DNA of 32,000 bases from Candidatus Saccharimonadota bacterium (GTDB lineage Bacteria; Pseudomonadota; Gammaproteobacteria; Enterobacterales; Enterobacteriaceae), in assembly GCA_036689235.1 (NCBI GenBank), contig CP144769.1:207865-239864 (forward strand). Reading direction: 5' to 3'. The position numbers and the translations under genes are program-made. Shown piece after piece: positions 10,671 to 21,482 of this stretch. The notes beneath the pieces were generated by a model, which did not search any database, had not been told where the DNA came from, and worked only from the letters and a program-made list of their open reading frames with translations. Each line of letters opens with the position of its first letter. The first letter of the stretch is position 1.

Positions 10671-12158
10671 TTAATCATATAAAAAACTTTTTAATAAATA
10701 TGATCTACTAGGATGACGTAATTTACGTAAAGCTTTAGATTCTATTTGTCTTATTCTTTCTCTAGTAACATCAAATTGTTTACCAACTTCCTCTAATGTA
10801 TGATCACTATTCATATCTATACCAAAACGCATTTTTAAAACTTTAGCTTCTCTTGGAGTTAAACTAGATAAAACATTATTAGTTACAAATTTTAAACTTT
10901 CAGAAGTAGCTGATTCTAAAGGTAATTTTGAAGAAGAATCTTTTATAAAATCACTTAAATGTAAATCTTCATCTTCGCCAACAGGTGTTTCAATTGATAT
11001 AGGTTCTTTTGCTATTTTTAATATTTTCCTAATTTTATCTTTAGAAATAGACATATACATAGATAATTCATTAAGAGTAGGTTCTCTACCAATTTCTTGA
11101 AAAATTTTTCTAGATATTCTATTTAATTTATTTATTGTTTCAATCATATGAACTGGAATTCTAATAGTTCTAGCTTGATCAGCTATAGATCTAGTTATAG
11201 CTTGACGAATTCATCAAGTTGCATATGTAGAAAATTTATAACCTCTTTTATATTCAAATTTATCAACTGCTTTCATTAAACCAATATTTCCTTCTTGTAT
11301 TAAATCAAAAAATTGTAATCCTCTATTAGTATATTTTTTAGCAATAGAAATAACTAATCTTAAATTTGATTCAATCATTTTTTTTTTAGCTAATTTCGTT
11401 TTAATTTGACTATTTACTAAATATTTATTTATAATTTTAATATCTGATAAACTTAATTTATAATATTTTTCTATAAATAATAATTTTTTTAATTTAATTT
11501 TTAATTTATTTATTATTTTATTAAATTTATTAAATCAAAATTTATTATTTTTATTTATTTTATATATTCATATATAATTAGTTTTATAATTATTATAAAA
11601 ATAATAAAAAATCCTTTTAGGAATTGAACAATAATTAATACATAAATTATATATTTTTTTTTCTTCAATTTTTATATAATTTATTACATTATTAATTTTA
11701 CACAATAAAAAATTTAATTGTTTAGGAGCTAATTTAAATCTCATAAACAATTTTATTAATTTATTTAATTCATATACAGTATAAGGATGATTTATAGTAT
11801 ATTTATTTATAATTTTTAATAATAAAATATATTGAATATATAAACAATTAAATTTTCTTTTAATTATATTAAAATCTGAATATTTTAAATTTGATATATC
11901 TTTACTATTATAATTATAATTATAATTACTATTTATAAATGATAAATTATTTATTTTGTAATCAAAAAAACCCACTATTAAATCTGATAAACGTAATTTT
12001 CCTTTTTTTACTAAAGAATATTGACTTAAAAAAAAATATATAGATTTAAATAATTTAGCTAAATAAAATTGAGTTTTATATATACCTTTTTCAATACATT
12101 TAGCTATATTAATTTCATCATCTCTAGTTAATAAATTTACTGTATTTATTTCATTCAT
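10671..12158 (-). CDS. rpoD: RNA polymerase sigma-70 factor
   Basis: Track ORFs 10671-11147 and 11568-12158 are in one frame (495 aa). The junction translates to [78 protein letters not shown], with WW encoded TGA-TGA (complement of 11211-11216). Region 4 reads [29 protein letters not shown]. Confidence 0.95.
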
Positions 12159-12163
12159 ATAAA

Positions 12164-12168
12164 TCCTT
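12164..12168 (-). promoter_or_regulatory. Shine-Dalgarno-like AAGGA upstream of rpoD
   Basis: Complement of TCCTT at 12164-12168, 5 nt upstream of the rpoD ATG (12156-12158). Confidence 0.4.
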
Positions 12169-12318
12169 AAAAGAGATTTTTGATAATATTTATATTATAT
12201 ATTTTAATATTATATTATTTATTTTTTTTATTTATTTAAATATTAATTTAAATAAAATTATTAATTATTTTAAATTTTAAATATTAATATATTTAATAAT
12301 TTTAATATATAAAAATTA

Positions 12319-14052
12319 TTATAAATTAAAATTTTTTAATTTTATTAAATTTCATACTTTTTTTTTTCTTTTAATATTTCATCCTAAAATAGATGATTTT
12401 AAATAATAATACTTAATTTTTTTATTAATTAAAAAAATTTTTAACTTATTTAAAATATTTAAAAAAACAATTTTTTCATTATTTTTCTTAATATATATAA
12501 AATCATTAATATATAAATATTCTATATAAAATTTAACTCTATAATTATTAAAATATTTTAAAATATTAAATATATTAATATTATTATTATTTAAACAAAT
12601 TCTAACAATTCTTAAAAATAAAGATAAAAAATATATATTTTTAAAATTAAATATATTATCTTTTAAATCTATAAAATTACATAAATATTTATATTTTAAT
12701 AATATACTTATCAAATAACGAAAAATATTTTTATTTTTTATAATTTTCTTATTAATAGAATAATTTTTTAATATACTAACTATTTTATTTTGGTTTAAAC
12801 CAATATTTTTAAATAATTTGTGATATAAAAAAATTTTTATTATAGGAGAATTAATTTTTTTTATAATAAATAAAAAATAATTTAAAAAATCAATTTTATT
12901 TTTATTAAATAAATAATTTTCATTTTTATAAAAAAAAAAAAATAATACTTTATATAAAGATATAGCATTATTAATTTTAATTTTAAAATTTAAAATACCA
13001 TAATTTTTAACAAATGAATCTGGATCTTCATTATTTTGTAAAAATATAAAATAACATTTTTTATTTTCATTAATATATTTTAATAATAAAAATGAAGTTT
13101 TTTTAATAGAAAATAAACCAGATTTATCACCATCATAACAAAATATAATTATATTAGTATAATAATATAAAAAATTAATTTGTCTATCACATATAGATGA
13201 ACCTAATAAACTTATTACATAATATATACCATATTTATTTAAAGTTATAACATCAAAAAAACCTTCTACAATTAAAATTTTTTCTAATTTAATTTTTCTT
13301 TTTTTTATAAAATTAAATCCATATAAACATTTATTTTTATTAAAATATAAATTTTTTTTAATATTTATATATTTATATTTATTATTAATATTTATAGAAC
13401 GACCACTAAAAGCTATAATTTTATTATATATATCATATATAGGAAATATAATTCTATTATATAAATTATCATAAATTTTATTATTAATTTTAACTAAAAA
13501 ACCTAATTTAATTAAAAAATTTAATTCATTATTATTAAATAATTTAAAAAAAATATTAACAATATTTTTAGAAGAATAACCAATAAAAAAATATTTTATT
13601 AAATTTAAATTAAGTCCTCTATTAAATAAAAAATTTTTTATATAATAATTATTATTATTAATTAATAAACATTTATGATAAATATAACCTAATTTAAACA
13701 TTAACTTAAAATAATATTTTTTTTTACTAATTATTTTTTTACTATTAAAAATACTATTTAATTTTAAATTTATTCCAGACATATTAGATAATTTTTTTAT
13801 ACTTTCTAAAAAACTTATATTATCAAAACGCATTAAAAAATTTATTACATTACCATAAGTTTTACATCCAAAACAATAATAATATTTTTTATCTTCATTA
13901 ACTATAAAAGAAGGATTTTTTTCTGAATGAAAAGGACAAATAGATATATATTTATTTCCAATTTTTTTTAAATTAATTCTTAAAGAAATTATTTCAACTA
14001 TATTAGTACAATATAAAACTCTATCTATAATATTACTAGAAATATAATTCAT
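12319..14052 (-). CDS. dnaG: DNA primase
   Basis: Track ORF 12379-14052 (557 aa) ends at TGA. Under table 4 the frame runs 20 more codons, with one further TGA, to TAA at 12319-12321 (577 aa). Zinc-ribbon motif CPFHSEKNPSFIVNEDKKYYYCFGCKTYGNVINF, Toprim region (LIVEGFFDVI, CYDGDKSG). Sits in rpsU-dnaG-rpoD order. Confidence 0.9.
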
Positions 14053-14066
14053 AATAATTTTTCAAA

Positions 14067-14279
14067 TTATATATTTTTTTTACTTTTATTTTTAAAAAAT
14101 TTATTTTTAATATTTCTTTTTATAGCAGAAGTCTTAGCTTTTTTTCTTTTAGTTGTAGGTTTTTCATAAAATTCTCTTTTTTTAACTTCAGTTAAAATAC
14201 CACATTTTTCACAACATCTTTTAAATCTACGTAAAGCTATATCAAATGGTTCATTTTCTTTTATTATAATATTAGGCAT
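14067..14279 (-). CDS. rpsU: 30S ribosomal protein S21
   Basis: Intact 70-aa ORF: [47 protein letters not shown]. Typical S21, located upstream of dnaG. Confidence 0.93.
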   Translation of the reverse strand: MPNIIIKENEPFDIALRRFKRCCEKCGILTEVKKREFYEKPTTKRKKAKTSAIKRNIKNKFFKNKSKKNI

Positions 14280-14378
14280 AAATTAAAATCTCATAATTAA
14301 AATAAATTATTTATACAAAATTATTATTTTATATTATAAAATAATATTTAATATTAACATAATTAATAAATAAAAAAA

Positions 14379-15395
14379 ATGATTATATTTGGTATAGAAA
14401 CATCATGTGATGAAACTAGTATAAGTTTATATAGTAATAAAAAAGGAATAATAATTAATGAAATATATAGTCAATCATATATACATTCAAAATATGGAGG
14501 TGTAGTTCCTAATATAGCATCAAAAAATCATTCTAAAAAAATTATAAAAATAATTAAAAAAGTAATAAAAAAAACATCAATTAATATAAAAAATATTAAA
14601 GCAATTGCATTTACAGCAGGACCAGGATTATCAAGTTCATTAATAATAGGTTCTACTGTAGCAAATACATTATCATTCTTATATAAAAAACCATGTATAC
14701 CTATAAATCATATAGAAGGACATATATTATCTATAATGATATCAAAAAGAAAACCAAAATTTCCTTTCATATCATTAATAACATCAGGAGCACATACAAT
14801 ATTAGCAATAATTTATAATTTTAATAAATATAAAATTATAGGAAATTGTTTAGATGATTCAGCAGGAGAAATATTAGACAAAATAGGAAATATAATAAAT
14901 TTAAAATATCCAGCAGGAGAAAAAATTTCAAAATTTGCAAAATATAAAAAAAATAAATATACCTTTCCAAAACCAATTATTTGAGATAAAAATAATTTTA
15001 ATTTTAGCTTTTCAGGCTTAAAAACACATATAATTAATTTTATAAAAAAAAACAAAATTACATTACAATTTAAATATGATATATCATATTCATTAGAAAA
15101 AACAATAATAGATATTTTAATTATAAAAACTATTAATGCAGCAAAAAAATATAATATAAAAAGAATTAGTATAGTTGGAGGAGTAAGTTCAAATATTAAA
15201 TTAAGAAAAAAAATGTATAAAAAAGCTAAAAAATATAAAATAAATACATTTTATCCTAATAAAAAATTATGTACAGATAATGCAGCTATGATAGCATATA
15301 CAGGATATATAAAATATATTACAAAAAAATTTAAAAAAAAAAATAATTTTTTAATAAAAATTAAACCTAATTGAAAAATAAATGAATTATTTTAA
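14379..15395 (+). CDS. tsaD: tRNA N6-adenosine threonylcarbamoyltransferase (Kae1/Gcp/YgjD family)
   Basis: Track ORF 14379-14984 continues through TGA codons to TAA at 15393-15395 (338 aa). Motifs: IFGIETSCDETS, GGVVPNIASKNH, FTAGPGLSSSLIIG, NHIEGH, VGGVSSN, CTDNAAMIA. Divergent from rpsU, as in E. coli. Confidence 0.92.
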
Positions 15396-16586
15396 TTTAT
15401 TTAAAAATAAATTTTTTAAAAAAAAATATATTTTTTTATATCTAATAAATCTTATTCTTCTACCTATTAATTTACCTTTATAACCTAATTTAATTAAATA
15501 CTTACTTTTTATACTATTAGTAATATTATAAATAATATATATATACTTTAATATAAAATATAAGATTTTAATTTTTAATGGCAAAAATATAATAACTTTA
15601 ATAAATTTATATAAAAAAAATAAAATCTTAGAATTTCTTCATACATTAATAATATTTAATAAATTTAAAAAAAATATAGATAATATTTTTTTTTTAAAAT
15701 AAAAAATTTTATGTAAAAAAAAATATATATATTTAAATATAATAAAAAATTTTTTTGGTAATTTTAATCTATTACAAAAATTTAAAATTAAATTTAATAT
15801 ATAATTTTTATTATAAAAATATTTTTTAGAAAATATTGAATAACCAAAAAAAGAAAATAAACAAATTAAATTAATTTCTAAACCTAATTTATAACTATTA
15901 AAATTATTAAATAATAATTTAAAATATTTTTTTAATTTTTTATTATTAAATATATAAAATATTTCAGGATAAATAAATTTATTTACACCATAAATATTTA
16001 ATAAATTAAAATAAATATATAAATTTCCTTTAGAAAAAACCTTTTTAGTTTCTAATCAAATTCTTTCTGGTTTTATATATAAAAGTTCTCCAGAAATAAC
16101 TATTTTTTTAATAAAATTTAAAGTTTTTTTATGAATATAAAAACCAAATTTTTTATAAAAAGAATAAATTTTAATAACTCTTAAAACTCTTAATGGATCA
16201 TCAGAAAAATGATGAGAAACATGTCTTATAATTTTATTTTTAATATCATTAATACCTCCAAAAAAATCATAATATATACCTTTTTTATAAGCTATAGCAT
16301 TTATAGTTAAATCTCTTCTATATAAATCATCTTTTAAAGTAATTTTTTTAGAAAAATTACATAAAAAACCTTTATATCCTTTACCTATTTTTTTTTCTTT
16401 ACGAGCTAATGCATATTCTTCATACGTGAGAGGATGTAAAAATACTGGAAAATATTTACCAATAGGTATAAAACCAAAATTTAACATTTGTTTATAAGAA
16501 GATCCTACTACAACTCAATCTCTATCTCTTATATTCAATTTTAATAATTTATCACGTACAGCTCCTCCAACAAGATAAATTTTCAT
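15387..16586 (-). CDS. cca: tRNA nucleotidyltransferase (CCA-adding enzyme)
   Basis: ATG at 16586. The frame continues through TGA codons, joining track ORFs 16056-16487 and 15387-15584. I translated every codon between them and found no TAA or TAG. 399 aa. N-terminus MKIYLVGGAVRDKLL, then DRDWVVVG, RRDLTINA, DPLRVLR. Confidence 0.88.
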
Positions 16587-16597
16587 TTTAAATTAAA

Positions 16598-16828
16598 TTA
16601 AAAATTATTATTTTTATTATTAAAAATAATATCTAATATATTATTATCTATTAAATTATTTTGTATTTCTTTTAATGCTAAAATCGTACATTTATCTTTT
16701 TTTAATTTTTTTAAATAATCATCTTTTAATACAATTTGTATTTGTCTAGCACGAAAAGAAGCTATTAAAACAAGATCAAATTTATTACCTATTTTATTAA
16801 TTATATTTTGAATAATTAAATTGCACAT
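16598..16828 (-). CDS. rpoZ: RNA polymerase omega subunit
   Basis: 76-aa ORF. IINKIGNKFDLVLIASFRARQIQ and CTILALKEIQNNLIDNNILD align with E. coli omega ([22 protein letters not shown] ... VIALREIEEGLINNQILD). Confidence 0.88.
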   Translation of the reverse strand: MCNLIIQNIINKIGNKFDLVLIASFRARQIQIVLKDDYLKKLKKDKCTILALKEIQNNLIDNNILDIIFNNKNNNF

Positions 16829-16834
16829 TTTATT

Positions 16835-18466
16835 TTATTTATTAAAAAATTTATTTAAATTATCTTTATTTATATATTTATAAATTTTTTTATATTTATT
16901 TATTCTATGATTTAACAAAGGAATTTTAATTTTTTTTCAATATAATTTAGTATTTAAAAATTTTTGTATTTTTTTAAAAATATTAGGTATAATAGGACTT
17001 AAATATATAGAAACAATAGCAAAAACATTTATTATTGTAGTACAAAAATTATGTAATTCATATTTTTTTTTAATATTTTTACAAATTAACCAAGGTTTAT
17101 AATCATTTATATATTTATTTATTAAACTAATTAGTTTATTATTTTCTAGTATAACTTTATAATAATTAAAATTTAAAAAATAATTATTAATTAAATTATA
17201 CTTACTTATAAAAAAATTATAAAAATTATAATTTAATAATTTATTAGATAAATTGTTATTATAATATATATTTAAAAAATAATATATTCTAGATGGAATA
17301 TTAATAAAATTATTTATAAGATTACAATTAATAGTTTTAATAAAATCATCTATACACAAATTTATATCATTTATTTTATAAGATAACTTACTAGCAAAAT
17401 AATATCTTAAACTATCAGAATCAAAAAAATCTAATCATTTTTCTATGCTAATAAAATTATTTTTTGATTTAGACATTTTAATACCATTTATTTTGACATG
17501 CCCATGAACTATAATATTAGTAGGTTTTCTAAAATTTAATACATCTAATATTATAGGTCATAATAAACCATGAAAATATAATATATCTTTTCCTATAAAA
17601 TGATATATTTCATAATTACTGTCAATTTTTCAAAAATCATAAAATTTAGAATAATTATTTAAATAACAATATTTTTTAAAAATACTAATATAACCTAAAG
17701 TTGCATCTAATCATACATAAAATCATTTATTAGAAATATAAATATTAGGTATTTTAAAACCAAAATAAGGATAATCTCTAGAAATATTTCAATCAATTAA
17801 ATTATTATCTAACCAAAATAACAATTGATTTTTAATTTCACTTTGAAAATTAGAAATTAATATTCAATCAAATAATATTTTTTTATATTTCTTAATACTT
17901 ATAAATAAATGATTAGTTTTCTTTAAAATAGGAGTAGTATTAGATAATAAAGAAATAGGATTAATTAAATCATAAGAATTATATATTTGATTACAATATT
18001 CACATAAATCACCATTTTGATTATAACTTTTACATTTAGGACATTGACCTTTTAAAAATCTATCAGGTAAAAAAATGTTTTTATTTAAATCATAAAATTG
18101 ATAAATATCTTTTTTATATATTAAATTTTTAATTTTTAAATAATTTAATAATAATAAACAATAATAATAATTTATATTATTATGAGTAGTATAATAAAAA
18201 TCATGTAATATATTAAATTTTTTAAATTGTACTTTATGTTCATTTAATATATTATTTATCATAATTTCTGGAGATAAATTTAATTCATTGGATTTAATTA
18301 TAATAGAAGTTCCATGAGAATCATCTCCACATATAAAAAAAACATTATTACCTAATGATCTTTGATATTTTACTCATATATCAGCTTGTATATGCTCTAA
18401 TATATGTCCTATATGAATAGGACCATTAGCATAAGGAAAAGCACAAGTAACTAAAATATTTTTCAT
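16835..18466 (-). CDS. metG: Methionyl-tRNA synthetase (core enzyme, no C-terminal appended domain)
   Basis: ATG at 18466, TAA at 16835-16837, 543 aa. Track ORFs 16937-17359 and 17864-18262 are in frame; I translated 17700-17863 and the 16835-16936 tail (only TGA), while 17360-17699 I only scanned for in-frame stops. N-terminus [36 protein letters not shown], zinc knuckle [26 protein letters not shown], and a KMSKS-like KMSKS segment. Confidence 0.93.
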
Positions 18467-18490
18467 AACAAAATAAAAAAATAAATAAAA

Positions 18491-18564
18491 TCGGCGAGAG
18501 AGGATTTGAACCTCCGACCTACTAGTCCCAAACCAGTTGCGCTACCAAACTGCGCTACTCACCG
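18491..18564 (-). tRNA. tRNA-Pro (anticodon UGG)
   Basis: Minus-strand sequence CGGTGAG..ACTGG-TTTGGGA-CTAGT..GGTTCAAATCC..CTCGCCG-A folds as a cloverleaf with a 7-bp acceptor stem and a TTCAAAT T-loop. No 3' CCA is encoded. Confidence 0.9.
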
Positions 18565-18572
18565 ATAAAATA

Positions 18573-18646
18573 GGTGGTTAATGGGATTTGAACCCATGAC
18601 ATCTAGAACCACAATCTAGAGCTCTACCAACTGAGCTATAACCACC
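18573..18646 (-). tRNA. tRNA-His (anticodon GUG), with encoded G-1
   Basis: G-GTGGTTA-TA-GCTC-AGTTGGTA-GAGC-T-CTAGA-TTGTGGT-TCTAG-ATGTC-ATGGG-TTCAAAT-CCCAT-TAACCAC-C. The extra 5' G pairs with C73. No CCA is encoded. Confidence 0.9.
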
Positions 18647-18701
18647 AATTAATTAATTAATTATATATTATAATAATATAAAATAAAATAAAAAAAATAA
18701 A

Positions 18702-19961
18702 TTAATATCTTTTCATCATATCAAAAAATTCACTATTAGTTTTTGTCATAGATAATTTTTTAATTAAAAATTCCATTGCATCAATTTCACTCATTGGTTG
18801 AATAATTCTTCTTAAAATTCAAATTTTTTGTAATTCATTTAAAGAAGTTAATAATTCTTCTTTACGTGTTCCAGATCTATTATAATCTATAGCCGGAAAT
18901 ACTCTTTTTTCTGCTATTTTTCTAGATAAATGTAATTCCATATTTCCAGTACCTTTAAATTCTTCATAAATTACTTCATCCATTTTAGAACCAGTATCAA
19001 CCAAAGCAGTAGCTATTATAGTTAAACTTCCCCCTTCTTCAACATTTCTAGCAGCACCAAAAAATCTTTTAGGTCTATGTAAAGCATTTGAATCTATACC
19101 TCCTGTCAAAACTCTTCCAGAAGAAGGAACAATAGTATTATAAGCTCTTGCTAATCTTGTTATAGAATCTAATAATATAATAACATCTTTTTTATGTTCA
19201 ACTAATCTTTTTGCTTTTTCAATTACCATTTCAGAAACTTGTATATGTCTTAAAGCAGGTTCATCAAAAGTTGAAGCAATTACTTCTCCTTTAACTAATC
19301 TATACATTTCAGTTACTTCTTCAGGTCTTTCATCAATTAATAAAACAATTAAAACACAATCAGGATAATTATAACTAATACTTTTTGCAATATTTTGTAA
19401 TAAAATAGTTTTACCAGCTTTAGGTGGAGCAACAATTAAACCTCTTTGACCTCTTCCTATTGGTGAAGCTAAATCTAATACACGAGAAGTAATATCATCT
19501 TTAGAACCATTACCAGTTTCCATATATAAACGAGAATTAGTATGTAAAGGTGTTAAATTTTCAAATAAAATTTTATTTTTAATATTATCAGGTTTATCAT
19601 AATTAACAGTATTAATTTTTAATAAAGCAAAATAACGTTCAGTTTCCTTAGGAGGACGTATCTTACCAGATATAGTATCTCCAGTTCTTAAATTAAATCT
19701 ACGTATTTGACTTGGAGAAACATAAATATCATCAGTACCAGATAAATAAGAACTATCAGAAGATCTTAAAAAACCAAATCCATCTTGTAAAATTTCTAAA
19801 ACACCATTACCAAAAATATCTTCTCCACCTATACAACGATTTTTTAATATAGAAAAAATAATATCTTGTTTACGCATTCTAGATAAATTTTCTAATCCAT
19901 TTTTTTTACCAAGAATAACTAATTCAGGAACTGACATATTTTTTAATCGTGTAAGATTCAT
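18702..19961 (-). CDS. rho: Transcription termination factor Rho
   Basis: Track ORF 18819-19961 continues through one TGA to TAA at 18702-18704 (419 aa, same length as E. coli Rho). Contains [20 protein letters not shown], Walker [13 protein letters not shown] and [19 protein letters not shown]. Very strong conservation and locally raised G+C. Confidence 0.96.
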
Positions 19962-20020
19962 AATAAATAATAATAATTAATTACTAATTAGGAATAAAAT
20001 AAAAAAATAATATAAATTAT

Positions 20021-20347
20021 TTAAATATATAAATTTAAAAATTTTATTATTTCTTCTTTACTTAAAACACCTATTTTACTAGATAACAAAATACCTTTAT
20101 TAAATAAAATAATTGTAGGAACATTTATAATATTATATTTCTTAATTATTAAATCAGATTTATTTACATTTAATTTAACAAACTTAATTTTATTAATATA
20201 ATTTATATAAATATCTTTTAATAAAGATATTAATAATTTACATGGACCACAAAATTCAGATCAAAAAATAACTAAAATATATTTTTTATTTAAAATAACT
20301 TCATTATTAAATAAATTATCATTAATATCTATAATTTTTTTACACAT
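20021..20347 (-). CDS. trxA: Thioredoxin
   Basis: ATG at 20347, TAA at 20021-20023, 108 aa. Active site VIFWSEFCGPCK, with Trp encoded by TGA (20261-20263), and VPTIILF. Absent from the standard-code track because of that TGA. Confidence 0.9.
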
Positions 20348-20757
20348 AAAACCTCTATTTAAATAACAATAAAATATATTTTACTACATTTAATTAAAAA
20401 CATAAATAATAAATATAATAATAATATTTAATTTTAAATAAAATTTATTAATAATAAATATTTAAAATAATAAAAATAAAATTTAAATATACTATTTTAA
20501 TTATAATATTATAATAATAAAATTAATTTAATATATTAAAATAATAATATTAAATATTTAAATAAAATAAATAATAATAATAAATTATATATATATTAAA
20601 ATATTATTATTAATATATATTATATTTGTATATATTTAAATATTTAAATAAAATTTAATAATATTAATTAAATAAAAAAAAATAATATATTAAAATTATA
20701 CTTAATAATATAATAATATTATATTATAAAAAAAAATAATATTAAAAAATAAATAAA
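20348..20757. other. 410-bp almost pure A+T spacer between divergent trxA and hspQ. It must carry both promoters and is a candidate DNA-unwinding or origin-like region.
   Basis: Between 20402 and 20757 I find only three G/C bases (20492, 20628, 20701). The stretch 20493-20627 (135 nt) has none. No ORF of any length on either strand. Confidence 0.5.
20352..20355 (-). promoter_or_regulatory. Shine-Dalgarno-like GAGG upstream of trxA
   Basis: Complement of CCTC at 20352-20355, 4 nt upstream of the trxA ATG. Confidence 0.35.
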
Positions 20758-21072
20758 ATGATAATATCAAGTAAATTTAATATAGGACAACAAATAAGAC
20801 ATAAATCATTAGGATTTTTAGGAGTAATAATAGATATAGATTTTAAATATAATTTAACAAAAAATAAAGAAAAACATATTAAAAAAAAAAGTAAAAAATC
20901 TTTATGATATCATATTATTATTGAAGATAATAATGGATATCCAATATATACATATTTAGAAGAAGATAAAATAATAATAGAATATAAAAAAAATCATCCA
21001 GATCAACCTTCTCTAGATAAACTTTCAAAAAAAATAAAAAAACAATTTAAAATTAAAAGAAATAAAAATTAA
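20758..21072 (+). CDS. hspQ: Heat-shock protein HspQ (YccV, hemimethylated-DNA-binding domain family)
   Basis: ATG at 20758, TAA at 21070-21072, 104 aa, one TGA Trp. [47 protein letters not shown] and [17 protein letters not shown] are colinear with E. coli HspQ ([64 protein letters not shown], recalled from memory). Confidence 0.85.
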
Positions 21073-21452
21073 TGACAATATTAGGAATTGGAATAGATAT
21101 ATTAAAAATAAAAAGAATAAAATATTTATATATAAATAATAAAAAAAAATTTATAAAAAAAATATTAACAAAAAAAGAAATAAAAGAATATAAAACAAAA
21201 AAATTTAAAATAAAATATTTAGCAAAAAAATTTACTTCTAAAGAAGCAGCATCAAAAGCGTTGGGTACAGGAATTAAAAAAGGTATAAATTTTAAAAATT
21301 TTGAAATTTACCATAATAAAAATGGAAAACCAAAAATAAAATTATTAAACAAAGCTTTATTAATGTTTAAAAAAAAAAATGCTAAAAATATAAATATTAG
21401 TATAACAGATGAAAAAAAATATACACAAGCTATAGTAATAATTAGTAATTAA
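21072..21452 (+). CDS. acpS: Holo-[acyl-carrier-protein] synthase
   Basis: 126-aa ORF. ILGIGIDILKIKRI (GiGxDi motif), FTSKEAASKALGTG, NGKPKI. Its ATG overlaps the hspQ stop (TAATG). Confidence 0.85.
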   Translation: MTILGIGIDILKIKRIKYLYINNKKKFIKKILTKKEIKEYKTKKFKIKYLAKKFTSKEAASKALGTGIKKGINFKNFEIYHNKNGKPKIKLLNKALLMFKKKNAKNINISITDEKKYTQAIVIISN

Positions 21453-21482
21453 TATATATATATTTTAATAAAATATAAAAAA

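Noticed and set aside
14813-15055. 80-aa minus-strand ORF in the track
   Set aside because: It lies entirely antisense within tsaD, which is strongly conserved. The translation is low-complexity Phe/Ile/Leu with no motif. It is a chance ORF.
15387-15584. 65-aa ORF that looks like an independent small basic protein
   Set aside because: It is in frame with, and contiguous to, the cca reading frame. I translated every codon from 16055 down to 15585 without meeting TAA or TAG. It is the C-terminus of Cca.
20551-20654. 18-nt direct repeat TAAATATTTAAATAAAAT occurring twice (about 20552-20569 and 20637-20654) in the A+T-only spacer
   Set aside because: In an essentially two-letter (A/T) sequence of about 400 nt, an 18-nt exact match is close to chance expectation. 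There is no third copy and no associated structure.
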